From the NCBI GenBank assembly GCA_964291265.2, contig OZ219747.1, positions 32,001 through 96,000 on the forward strand: a stretch of DNA of 64,000 bases, read 5' to 3'. Source of the stretch: Alphaproteobacteria bacterium (lineage in GTDB: Bacteria; Pseudomonadota; Alphaproteobacteria; SP197). Shown here one piece after another: positions 1 through 9,119 of the stretch. Each line of letters starts with the position of its first letter. Within the stretch, counting starts at the first letter, position 1. The notes beneath the pieces were generated by a model that did no database searches, was not told where the DNA came from, and saw nothing but the letters and a program-made list of their open reading frames with translations. Position numbers and translations under genes: made by a program.

Positions 1-835
1 ACTTGAGGAGCTCCTTGCGCGCCGCTTCGTCGTTCCAGTCCTTCCTGAGGGCAATGATGGCGATCAGCTGATCGACCGCGTCGTCGCGCCGGTCCATGGC
101 GGCGAGAGCCCGAGCCAGCTCGAGCCGCGCCTCGAAGTCCGTGCCATCGGCCGCGACTCTCGCCTCGAGAGCCGCCATGTCGCCGGTGGCGCCGCCCAGG
201 AGTTCCAGCTGGGCCCTGACGCTCTTGATGCGTTCGTCCTCGGCCATGACATCCTCAAGGCTGTCGAGAAGATCCGTCACCTCGCCCGTGCGTCCCAGGG
301 CAATGAGCGCGCGGCACAGACCGGCTGCCGCATCGACATTGTCGCTCTCGCGCGTCAGGACCTGGCGGTAGATGGCTGCCGCCTGCTCCGCAGAACCCCC
401 TTCAAGGGCCTCGTCCGCCTGAGCGAGGGCCTGCTCCACGGCACTCGGTCCGATGTTGCCGACCAGGCGTTCGACAAATGCCTTGATCTGACTCTCCGGC
501 TGAACCCCGACGAAACCGTCCACCGGCTGCCCCTGATCGAAGGCGAACACCGCCGGAATCGACTGCACCCTCAGGGCCTGGGCGATCTGCGGTTCCTCGT
601 CGATGTTGATCTTCACCAGCGTGACCTTGCCGGCAGCTGCCCGAACCACCTTCTCCAGAATGGGGGCGATCTGCTTGCACGGTCCGCACCAGGGCGCCCA
701 CAGGTCGACGATGACCGGTGTGTCGCGGGACGCCACAAGGACATCCTGCTGGAACGTCGCCGTGGTCACGTCCCTGACCTCGCCGCCGGTCTCGGCGCCG
801 GCCTGTGACTCTCCCCCCGGGATGATGAATGCCAT
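1..835 (-). CDS. ybbN: Thioredoxin-TPR co-chaperone YbbN/CnoX (3' end runs off window)
   Basis: Manual translation from ATG 835: MAFIIPGG...VIVDLWAPWCGPCKQIAPILEK...VQSIPAVFAF...DFEARLELA...DWNDEAARKELLK; WCGPC thioredoxin plus TPR tail; absent from ORF track because incomplete. Confidence 0.9.
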   Translation of the reverse strand, partial: MAFIIPGGESQAGAETGGEVRDVTTATFQQDVLVASRDTPVIVDLWAPWCGPCKQIAPILEKVVRAAAGKVTLVKINIDEEPQIAQALRVQSIPAVFAFDQGQPVDGFVGVQPESQIKAFVERLVGNIGPSAVEQALAQADEALEGGSAEQAAAIYRQVLTRESDNVDAAAGLCRALIALGRTGEVTDLLDSLEDVMAEDERIKSVRAQLELLGGATGDMAALEARVAADGTDFEARLELARALAAMDRRDDAVDQLIAIIALRKDWNDEAARKELLK

Positions 836-916
836 GATTGCCGCCTTCCTGGTCTCGTGGTCTGGTGCTGGTCCGTTAGGTGGGGCAACTGCCGGCGAAT
901 CGCAAGGCCGGACCCG

Positions 917-1984
917 CTATTGCGCCGCCTTCACGAAGGCGCGCGAGTTCGGAAAGGCCGGCATGACCTCGTCGATGAACAGGCGCAACGAGGACTTCTG
1001 CAGTTCGAACGTCGGACCGGTCACACGATAGAGGAAACTGTCGACGCCAAGGGTCTCGTAACGGTGCAGCTTGGCGATCACCTCGTCGGGGGTGCCGAAG
1101 ACGAGGTTGGTGCGCAGCATGTCGGGATCGTATTCGGCGACATTGTCGAGCGAGGCAAGATCGACCGCCTCGACAAAGCCGTTCTTCACCTCGCCCAGCT
1201 GCTTGAACAGGTTCTCGAACTGCACCCCGCCCCTCTGCACCGCCTCGACAAAGGGCCGCCATCCACGCTCCCGGTCCTGGTAGACGGCGGCATGGCGCAT
1301 GGTCAGGAATCGCGGCCGCGGGATCTCCGGAACCCGCGCCAGCGCATCCTCGAACTGCTGCCTGTACTTCTCAACCTCGCTGAAGGGTCGAGTCAGCGCC
1401 CAGGACATGATGTTGCATCCCTGGGAAAGCGCCCAGTCGTAGGTCGAGGGGTGGCGCGCCGCGACCCACAGGGGTGGATGGGGTTTCTGCAGCGGTTTGG
1501 GACAGGCGGTTGCTGCAGGGAAAGACCAGAATGCGCCGTGGTGCTCGACGTCTCCGGCCCACAGGCCCTTGAGCACCGGCAGCATCTCCTGCATGTAAGC
1601 GACCCCCTTGTGCTGGTCCATGCCTCCCATCATGCGGTCGAACTCACGCTGATAGGCGCCGCGGCCGATACCGAACTCCACCCGTCCACCCGACATGAGA
1701 TCGAGCAGGCCGACCTCTCCGGCCACCTTGATCGGGTGCCAGTAGGGAGCCTGGACCACGGCGATGCCGAGGCGGATCCGGTCGGTGTTGGCGCCGAACC
1801 ACGCCAGAAGCTGGAAGGGGTTGGGCGCGATCGTCATCTCGATCGCATGGTGTTCGGCAGCCCAGACGATCTCGAATCCCGCCGCATCGGCCATCTGCAC
1901 CATGTCCATGGCGTGGCGGGCGACATCCCGCATGTCGACCGACGGGTTGTCACGTGCAAGGTCGATCGAAAGACTGAATCTCAT
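917..1984 (-). CDS. LLM-class (luciferase-like) flavin-dependent oxidoreductase
   Basis: GFEIVWAAEHH, LDLMSGGRVEFGIGRG, PKPLQKPHPPLWVAA motifs; start taken at MRFSLSID. Confidence 0.9.
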   Translation of the reverse strand: MRFSLSIDLARDNPSVDMRDVARHAMDMVQMADAAGFEIVWAAEHHAIEMTIAPNPFQLLAWFGANTDRIRLGIAVVQAPYWHPIKVAGEVGLLDLMSGGRVEFGIGRGAYQREFDRMMGGMDQHKGVAYMQEMLPVLKGLWAGDVEHHGAFWSFPAATACPKPLQKPHPPLWVAARHPSTYDWALSQGCNIMSWALTRPFSEVEKYRQQFEDALARVPEIPRPRFLTMRHAAVYQDRERGWRPFVEAVQRGGVQFENLFKQLGEVKNGFVEAVDLASLDNVAEYDPDMLRTNLVFGTPDEVIAKLHRYETLGVDSFLYRVTGPTFELQKSSLRLFIDEVMPAFPNSRAFVKAAQ

Positions 1985-2080
1985 GGTGCCCCCTTGTCGT
2001 CGACAGCGGATACTACGCGAGGATCGATGCCGGTGACATCGCGGTGGCAAGGGGCGCCTCGAGCGCCCCTCGCACAGGCC

Positions 2081-2965
2081 TCAGGTCGAGGCGAGTCCGA
2101 GTTTCCGGCGCGCTTCGGCCGCGCCGACAACCCGCCCACCCATCATCTCGATGATCCCGGCCGCCTTCTCGACGAGCTGGCCGTTGGTCGCCAGCACCCC
2201 GCGCCTGAGATAGAGGTTGTCCTCGAGGCCGACCCGCACATTGCCGCCCAGCAACATGGCCTGGGCAACCATGGGCATCTGCATGCGGCTGATGCCGAAG
2301 CCCGCCCAGTTGGCCCCCCGGGGCAGGCTGTCCGCCATGGTCATCATGGAACGTGTATCGGCTCCGGCGCCCCAGGGAATGCCGAGGCAGACCTGGAAGA
2401 GGGGCGGATCCTCGATGAGTCCCTCGTCGTACATGGCGCAGGCGAGGCGGACCTGGCCGAGATCGAAGACCTCGATTTCCGGCTTGACACCAAGCTCGCG
2501 AATGCGCGACGCCATGGTGCGGCACCAGGAGGCAGGGTTGACGTAGGTTTCGTTGCCATCGCCGAAGTTGATGGTGCCGCAATCGAGAGAGCAGATCTCC
2601 GGGCGCAGGCGATCGACATGGCGAAGCCGCTCGAGCGGGCCGACGATGTCGCTGCCGGGGCCGGGGCGGGACGGATTGTCGTCATCGAGATTGAAGTCAC
2701 CGCCCATGCCCGCCGTCAGGTTGAGAATCACGTCGACGCCATCCTGCATGATCAGGTTGACGGTCTCCTCGAACAGGTCGGGATCGCGCGAGCCCTTGCC
2801 GGTCTCGGGATCACGCACGTGGACATGGGTCACCGCGGCCCCTGCATGGGCCGCCTCGATCGCCGCATCGGCGATCTGGCGCGGGGTCACCGGAACCTTG
2901 TCGCTCCGCGAAACCGTATCCCCGGCACCGGTGACGGCGCAGGTGATGATGACGTCCGTATTCAT
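2081..2965 (-). CDS. Beta-keto acid cleavage enzyme (BKACE/Kce; CdhC-like 3-dehydrocarnitine cleavage enzyme)
   Basis: [30 protein letters not shown] motifs; adjacent to carnitine dehydrogenase-like gene. Confidence 0.9.
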   Translation of the reverse strand: MNTDVIITCAVTGAGDTVSRSDKVPVTPRQIADAAIEAAHAGAAVTHVHVRDPETGKGSRDPDLFEETVNLIMQDGVDVILNLTAGMGGDFNLDDDNPSRPGPGSDIVGPLERLRHVDRLRPEICSLDCGTINFGDGNETYVNPASWCRTMASRIRELGVKPEIEVFDLGQVRLACAMYDEGLIEDPPLFQVCLGIPWGAGADTRSMMTMADSLPRGANWAGFGISRMQMPMVAQAMLLGGNVRVGLEDNLYLRRGVLATNGQLVEKAAGIIEMMGGRVVGAAEARRKLGLAST

Positions 2966-3000
2966 GGATGGCCCTCCAGGTCAGTGAATTGGCTGAATGA

Positions 3001-3954
3001 TCAGAAACCGGCCGCGCGTCGGGCTTTCAGGACCCCGACAAGTCCTTCGTTCATTTTCGCCGACAGCGTCCGGAAGTCCTCTCCCGGGGCGGCCGCCTCA
3101 CAGCCATCGATGAGGCGCCTGGCGAGATCGTCGGTGAGTTCAGGCGCATCGAGACGGCTCCATGGAAACTTCAGTGCCGGTCCGAACTGCTCAAGGCAAT
3201 GGGCCATGCCGCCCTCGCCACCGCCCACATGGAACACCATGCACGGTCCCATGAGGGCCCAGCGCGGTCCGGGACCGTTGGTCACCGCCGTGTCGATCTG
3301 CTCCACCGTCGCCTCCCCGGCCGCAATCATGTGCAGGGCCTCGCGCCAGATCGCCTCCTGCAGTCGCGTGGCAATGAACCCGGGAACCTCGCGCTTCATG
3401 ACAAGGGGCGCCTTGCCGAGGTGGCGAAAGAACGCCGCCGTCCAGGGCGCCACGTCCGGATCGGTACGGCGACCGGCGACGATCTCGACCAGCGGCATGA
3501 GGTAGGGCGGATTGAAGGGGTGGCCGGTGACCGTGCGCTCCGGCGACGGACAGTGCGCCTGGATGTCACTCATGGAAAGTCCGGATGTCGAGGAACACAG
3601 GACAACATCCGGCGGCGCCAGGCGGCCCAGTTCGGCGTAGACCGCCTGCTTCACCTCGAGAATCTCCGGAACGCTCTCCTGCACGAAGTCGGCCCCGGCG
3701 ACCGCCGCCGCAAGGTCCGTGGTGACATGCAGCCTTCCGGGCGATGCGCCTTCCGCGGTGCCGAGCTGCTCCAGGGCGCTCCAGGCCGTCGCCACCAGGG
3801 AGCGGAGCTTTTCCTCCTCCCCCTCCTCGAGAATCCAGGACGTCACGTCACGGCCCGTGGCCAGGAAGAACGCCGCCCACCCGGCGCCGATCGGCCCGGC
3901 GCCAAGGCAGGTGACGGTCGAGACATCCTGTGGCTGCGGCCGGCCCATCGTCAT
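3001..3954 (-). CDS. L-carnitine dehydrogenase-like 3-hydroxyacyl-CoA dehydrogenase family protein
   Basis: GAGPIGAGW, QESVPE, SSTSG, HPFNPPYLMPLVEIV, GPGPRWALMG, FGPALKFPW motifs. Confidence 0.85.
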   Translation of the reverse strand: MTMGRPQPQDVSTVTCLGAGPIGAGWAAFFLATGRDVTSWILEEGEEEKLRSLVATAWSALEQLGTAEGASPGRLHVTTDLAAAVAGADFVQESVPEILEVKQAVYAELGRLAPPDVVLCSSTSGLSMSDIQAHCPSPERTVTGHPFNPPYLMPLVEIVAGRRTDPDVAPWTAAFFRHLGKAPLVMKREVPGFIATRLQEAIWREALHMIAAGEATVEQIDTAVTNGPGPRWALMGPCMVFHVGGGEGGMAHCLEQFGPALKFPWSRLDAPELTDDLARRLIDGCEAAAPGEDFRTLSAKMNEGLVGVLKARRAAGF

Positions 3955-4751
3955 CTGCCGAGGAAGACCGGCTGGCGCCGTTCAATGAAGGCACTGATGC
4001 CTTCCCGCGCGTCATCGGAGGCCAGCATCCGCCGGTAGAGGGGAAGGTCGGCCGAGCGCATGGTGCCGAAGGCCCCTTCGACGGTCTCTCCCTCGATGGC
4101 GCGCAGCACCTCCTTGACCGCACCCAGTGCCAGTGGTGCGCCGGCGGCGAGGCGCTCGCCCCAGTGACGGGCCTTCGCCATGAGCTGGGCGGCCGGGACG
4201 ACGGCGTTCACCAGTCCCAGGCGCCGTGCCTCACCGGCCTTCATGCGGCGGCCGAGCAACAGCATTTCCATGGCGACATTGGCAGGCAGGCGTCGCGGCA
4301 GGCGCTGCAGGGCTCCGGCATCCGGGACAATGCCGAGGGGGAGTTCAGGCAGGGCAAACTCCACGTGGTCGGCAGCAATGACGAGGTCGCAGGCGAGCGC
4401 AATCTCGAACCCACCGCCGATGGCATGGCCGTTGAGGGCGGCGATCACCGGCTTGTCGAGATTCCACATCTCCGTGATGCCGGCGAATCCGCCAAGCGAG
4501 GCGTCTTCCGTTTCCCACCAGTTGTCGAGCTGCTGATCGCCGCTCTCGAGAGCCTTGAGGTCCCAGCCAGCCGAAAACAGGCGGTCTCCGGACGCCGTGA
4601 GAATCGCCACCCCGAGATCGGGATCATCACGAAAGGCGACGAAGGCCTCTCCCATGAGACGGCTCGTGGCGCGGTCGATGGCGTTGACCTTCGGCCGGTC
4701 GATCGTGATTTCCAGCAGCTTTCCGCGCCGCTCGACACCAATTCCCGCCAT
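3951..4751 (-). CDS. Enoyl-CoA hydratase/carnitinyl-CoA dehydratase (CaiD-like)
   Basis: ITIDRPKVNAID, FSAGWDLK, GGFAGITE, AIGGGFEIALACD crotonase motifs; start MAGIGVERRG. Confidence 0.85.
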   Translation of the reverse strand: MAGIGVERRGKLLEITIDRPKVNAIDRATSRLMGEAFVAFRDDPDLGVAILTASGDRLFSAGWDLKALESGDQQLDNWWETEDASLGGFAGITEMWNLDKPVIAALNGHAIGGGFEIALACDLVIAADHVEFALPELPLGIVPDAGALQRLPRRLPANVAMEMLLLGRRMKAGEARRLGLVNAVVPAAQLMAKARHWGERLAAGAPLALGAVKEVLRAIEGETVEGAFGTMRSADLPLYRRMLASDDAREGISAFIERRQPVFLGR

Positions 4752-5509
4752 CAGATCAGCCGCGCCGGCGTATAGGAGGCACGGGCGGTGCCGATGGCCT
4801 CGGCAAGATCGAGGCGCCCCAGGAAGAGGGCCCTGCCGATGATGCAGCCGCCAATGTTCGGCAGGTACTTCAGCATCGAGACATCGTCGATGCTGGTGAC
4901 CGTGCCGCTTGAGATCACCGGCACGTCGAGAGCCTCGCCCATGCGCATGGTCCGTGCCAGGCTGTAGTCCCTGGGTTCCTTGTCGCGGTCGAGATCGATG
5001 AAGACGATTTCGGAGATACCGGCCGCCACCAGGCTCACCGCCATCTCCGTCGCCTCGAAGGCGGTTTCCTCGCGCCACCCCTCGATGACCACCATGCCGT
5101 TGCGTGCCGCCACCGTGGCAATGATGCGGTCGGGGTAGGCCGTGCAGGCGTCAGTGACCAGGTTCCGGTCCTTGACCGCCGCCGTCCCCAGGCCCACGCG
5201 CCAGGCTCCGTGCTCGAACCACCAGTGCACGGACCCGATGGACCGAATGCCGCCTGCGACCTGGACCGGAATGGTCACGCTGTCGATGAGCCGGCAGATC
5301 TGCCCGGCGTTGTGCCGGCCGCCCTGGAGTGCGCCGTCGACATCCACCACGTGGAGGCAGTCCGCACCGGCGTCAGCGAACCTGCGGGCGGCATCCTCCG
5401 GGGAGAGATCAAAGGGCTCTGGAGTCTCATGGCGGCCATCCACACGATTAACCGCCCTGCCTCCCATGATTTCGATGGTGGGGTAGATCTTCATGGTCCC
5501 GAACTGCAT
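4751..5509 (-). CDS. Divergent HisA-like TIM-barrel protein
   Basis: HVVDVDGA, IPVQVAGGIRS, LGTAAV, PVISSG, IIGRAL motifs of the HisA fold; outside a his operon. Confidence 0.75.
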   Translation of the reverse strand: MQFGTMKIYPTIEIMGGRAVNRVDGRHETPEPFDLSPEDAARRFADAGADCLHVVDVDGALQGGRHNAGQICRLIDSVTIPVQVAGGIRSIGSVHWWFEHGAWRVGLGTAAVKDRNLVTDACTAYPDRIIATVAARNGMVVIEGWREETAFEATEMAVSLVAAGISEIVFIDLDRDKEPRDYSLARTMRMGEALDVPVISSGTVTSIDDVSMLKYLPNIGGCIIGRALFLGRLDLAEAIGTARASYTPARLI

Positions 5510-5522
5510 CCGGCTGGCGCCA

Positions 5523-5951
5523 TCATAGGCGAGAACTGCCCCCCGACGCGACTCGGGATGTCGCGTTCAGCGGCCTGAACGCCATGACCTCGATCTCGAC
5601 GCGAACATCGACCAGAAACTCGGCAATGATCGCCGAGCGTGCCGGCGGCTCCTCGGGAAAGTACTCGGCATAGACGGCGTTGAATCCTGGAAAGTCGGCG
5701 CGGTCCGACAGCCACACCATGGCCTTCACAACGTCGCCCAGAGTGCAGCCCGCTTCCGCCAGGGTCTCGCGGATCGTCTCGATGACGACCCGGGTCTGCT
5801 CCTCGATGGTGCCATGGGTCATCGGCTTCCCGCCCTCGAGGGGGACCTGGCCGGTCAGGAACACGAAATCCCCGGCCCGGACGGCGCGGGAAAGCGACAG
5901 GACGTGCCCGCCGATCGAAAGTGGCTCTCCGATCACCTGTTTCGCCGTCAT
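5523..5951 (-). CDS. RidA/YjgF family protein
   Basis: VFLTGQVP, FNAVYAEYF, PPARS, VEIEVMA motifs. Confidence 0.9.
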   Translation of the reverse strand: MTAKQVIGEPLSIGGHVLSLSRAVRAGDFVFLTGQVPLEGGKPMTHGTIEEQTRVVIETIRETLAEAGCTLGDVVKAMVWLSDRADFPGFNAVYAEYFPEEPPARSAIIAEFLVDVRVEIEVMAFRPLNATSRVASGGSSRL

Positions 5952-6055
5952 CTTCGCGGGTCCCCCCTTGTCGTGGTGGAGAACACTGTGGGGAGTTGCG
6001 TTCAGTGTGCAAGCCCGTGTTGAATGACCCTTGCCAAGGAACGGAACCGTGGACC

Positions 6056-7540
6056 ATGGACGAACTCAGACACTACCGCATGCTGATCGACGGCGCATGG
6101 GTCGATTCCGCAGACGGTGGCGCCTTCGACAGCATCAACCCAGCGACGGGAAAGGCCTGGGCCACGGTCGCCGCCGCCACCGCGGACGATGTCGACCGGG
6201 CCGTCCAGGCGGCGCATCGCGCCTTCACCAGCGGTCCCTGGTCGACCATGCTGCCGACCCAGCGGGGCCGTCTGTTGCGCAATCTTGCCGGTCTGCTGGC
6301 CGAACGTTCGGAGGACCTCGGTCGGACCGAGTGCATCGACACCGGCAAGATGTTCAAGGAGACGCGCTGGCAGGCGCGATACATCGCCGAGTTCTTTCAT
6401 TTCTATGCGGGTCTTGCCGACAAGGTGACCGGCGAGACCCTGCCCATCGACCGCCACGACATGCTGACCATGACCACGCGTGAACCCCTGGGCGTGGTGG
6501 CCGCCGTCGTGCCGTGGAACAGCCAGCTTTTCCTCGTCGCCGTGAAGATCGGGCCGGCGCTTGCCGCAGGCAACACCGTTGTCCTGAAGGCCAGCGAACA
6601 CGCCTCGGCCGCCATGCTGGAGTTCGCCGAACTCACCATGGAAGCCGGGTTCCCGCCCGGCGTGGTCAACGTCGTCACCGGCCACGGCGAACCGTGCGGA
6701 CGGACGCTCACCACCCACCCCCTGGTGGCGCGCATCAGTTTCACGGGCGGACCGGCAACGGCCCGTCACGTCGTCAGGAACTCCGCCGACAATTTCGCCG
6801 AAGTCTCCCTGGAACTGGGAGGCAAGTCTCCCGTCATCGTGTTCGACGATGCCGACATCGAGAGCGCGATCAACGGTTCCCTTGCCGGCATCTTCGGCGC
6901 CAGCGGACAAAGCTGTGTCGCCGGCAGCCGGATCTACCTCCACGAGTCGATCCACGATGCCTTCATCGACCACCTGGTGGCGCGGGCCAGTGACATCCGC
7001 ATCGGTGACCCCCTGGCCGAAGAGACCCAGATGGGGCCGCTCTGCACCATGGCCCAGCTCGAGGGGTGCGAGCGCCAGGTGGCCCGCGCCGTGGCGGAAG
7101 GGGGCGCCCTGCTCACCGGCGGCAAGCGCCCGGACCATCCCGCCGCCGGGTGGTACTTCGAACCGACTATCGTGTCCTGCCCGGACCAGTCCATGGAGAT
7201 CGTCGATACCGAGATGTTCGGGCCGGTGCTCTCGGTGCTGCGCTTCGGCGCGGAAGACGAGGTGATCGCCATGGCCAACGACACGCGCTACGGGCTGGCA
7301 GCCGGAGTCTTCACGCGGGACCTTGCCCGTGCCCTGCGTGTCCAGAAACGGATTCGCGCCGGGATCGTGTGGGTCAATACCTACCGCGTGGTGTCGCCCA
7401 TCGCCGAGTTCGGCGGTTTCAAGGACTCCGGCTACGGGCGCGAATCGGGCGCCCAGGCGATCTACGACTACACCCGGCCCAAGACCGTGTGGATCAACAC
7501 ATCGGATGAGCCGATGGACAACCCCTTCGTCATGCGATAG
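6056..7540 (+). CDS. Aldehyde dehydrogenase
   Basis: PWN, SFTGG, LELGGKSP, GQSCVAG, EMFGPV, FGGFKDSGYGRE motifs. Confidence 0.95.
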   Translation: MDELRHYRMLIDGAWVDSADGGAFDSINPATGKAWATVAAATADDVDRAVQAAHRAFTSGPWSTMLPTQRGRLLRNLAGLLAERSEDLGRTECIDTGKMFKETRWQARYIAEFFHFYAGLADKVTGETLPIDRHDMLTMTTREPLGVVAAVVPWNSQLFLVAVKIGPALAAGNTVVLKASEHASAAMLEFAELTMEAGFPPGVVNVVTGHGEPCGRTLTTHPLVARISFTGGPATARHVVRNSADNFAEVSLELGGKSPVIVFDDADIESAINGSLAGIFGASGQSCVAGSRIYLHESIHDAFIDHLVARASDIRIGDPLAEETQMGPLCTMAQLEGCERQVARAVAEGGALLTGGKRPDHPAAGWYFEPTIVSCPDQSMEIVDTEMFGPVLSVLRFGAEDEVIAMANDTRYGLAAGVFTRDLARALRVQKRIRAGIVWVNTYRVVSPIAEFGGFKDSGYGRESGAQAIYDYTRPKTVWINTSDEPMDNPFVMR

Positions 7541-7551
7541 GCGCCCGGACC

Positions 7552-9003
7552 ATGACCATCCTCGTCGTCAGCCGCAGAGACCTCACCCTGGACAACGCCC
7601 GCCGCGTGGCATGGGACCGGGAAGGCGTCGAGATCGGCGGCGAAGCCCTGGTCGCCATGGAAGCCGGCCGCGAGAGGCTGATGCGCATCCTCGAACACGA
7701 CCCCGACGTCACCATCTACGGGGTCACGACCGGTGCCGGCCAGATGGCGAAACAGAAGATCAGGCCGGAGGATCGCAGCAGCCATGCCCGCATGTCACCG
7801 ACCGGTGCTGCGGCATCGTGGGGCGATCCCCTGCCCGACCGCGTGGTGCGCCTCATCATCCTCGCGCGCCTCTCCAACTTCATCGAGGGCCACGCGGCCG
7901 TGTCCCCCGAGATCGCCCGGGGTGTCGCGGCCATGCTCTCGCAGGAGAGCGTGCCCGTGATCCCGGCGAGGGGCCAGGGTGGCGCCGGCGAGATTCTCTC
8001 GCTCAGCCACCTCTTCGCACCCCTCGTCGAGTCGGTCGGGGCCGATGTCAAGGATGTCATGTGCCTCGTCAACGGATCGCCGTCGGCAACCGGTCTCGTC
8101 ACCGATGCCGCGCTGACCGGTGAAGCCCGTCTCGATCTCGCAGCCCGGGTCATCGCGCTTTCGTTCGAGGCCTTCAACGCGCCTCTCGGCCACCTCGCCG
8201 GAGCCCTGGAGGACTACTGGAACAACCCCTGCGACGCCTGGGCCCTGCGGACCATGCGGACACTGATCGACGGTGGCCATGGCGGCAGCCGCCGACCCTA
8301 CCAGGCGCCGGTGAGCTACCGCATCGCGCCGCGCATGCTCGGCCAGGCGAGGCGTGCCGTCGACCTGGCGCGTGACGTGGCCAGCGAGTCGCTCCGGGCC
8401 GTGACCGACAATCCGGTGTGGATCGATGAACGAGACGAGGACCATCCCTTCGGCCAGTTCGTGTCGACCGGCGGATACCACAACCCCCACGCGGTTCTCG
8501 CCATGGATGCCTTGACGGCTGCATGCGCCAATCTCTGTGTCCTTGCCGAGCGCCACGGCGCCAAGCTTCTTGACGGCCGTGTCTCCCTGCTGCCCGATCA
8601 GCTGATCGACCCCGACCGGGAAGGCGGCATCCGGCGGGGATACATGGGGTGCCTGCCCATGGCGCAGACCGGCTACGAGGAAGAGGCGCGGTATCACGCC
8701 CAGGCCACCCTGCTTCCGGGAAGCGAGTCGGGAGGGTTCGGACAGAATGACGTGGCGAGCCCGGTGTTCCTCGCCTGGACCAAGCTGCAGCGCGCCGGCG
8801 AGTGTCTCGATCTGGCACTTGCCAGTCTCGCACCCATTGCCGTGAGGGCCCTGGATGTCACCGGGCGCCGTGTCCCCCGACCGCTGGCCGGAATCGAGGA
8901 GACCGTGCGCAACGTGCTCCCGAACCTGGAGGAACGGCGCGCCTTCGGCCCCCTGTTGGCCGACATCGCCAGCGCGTTCCGCGCCACCATTCATCCCTCC
9001 TGA
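7552..9003 (+). CDS. Aromatic amino-acid lyase (HAL/PAL superfamily) lacking the Ala-Ser-Gly MIO tripeptide
   Basis: IYGVTTGAG, YQAPVSYRIAP, VTDNP, STGGYH motifs; MIO site reads PARGQGGAGEI instead of PxxGSVGASGDL. Confidence 0.8.
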   Translation: MTILVVSRRDLTLDNARRVAWDREGVEIGGEALVAMEAGRERLMRILEHDPDVTIYGVTTGAGQMAKQKIRPEDRSSHARMSPTGAAASWGDPLPDRVVRLIILARLSNFIEGHAAVSPEIARGVAAMLSQESVPVIPARGQGGAGEILSLSHLFAPLVESVGADVKDVMCLVNGSPSATGLVTDAALTGEARLDLAARVIALSFEAFNAPLGHLAGALEDYWNNPCDAWALRTMRTLIDGGHGGSRRPYQAPVSYRIAPRMLGQARRAVDLARDVASESLRAVTDNPVWIDERDEDHPFGQFVSTGGYHNPHAVLAMDALTAACANLCVLAERHGAKLLDGRVSLLPDQLIDPDREGGIRRGYMGCLPMAQTGYEEEARYHAQATLLPGSESGGFGQNDVASPVFLAWTKLQRAGECLDLALASLAPIAVRALDVTGRRVPRPLAGIEETVRNVLPNLEERRAFGPLLADIASAFRATIHPS

Positions 9004-9119
9004 ACGAGCGTGGCGCCGACGCCTCGAGGCGGACGGCGCATGTCCAGAATGGGGCCGGCGGCCTTGAAGTGCGGGGATCGTGGCCTACATCAGGCCAAGG
9101 CTAGAGTGAGGCATCCAAC

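Noticed and set aside
857-3505. 882-aa plus-strand ORF and similar long ORFs (9090-10841, 18237-19541, 43339-44982 and others)
   Set aside because: Antisense shadows of recognizable genes in high-GC DNA; no motifs of their own
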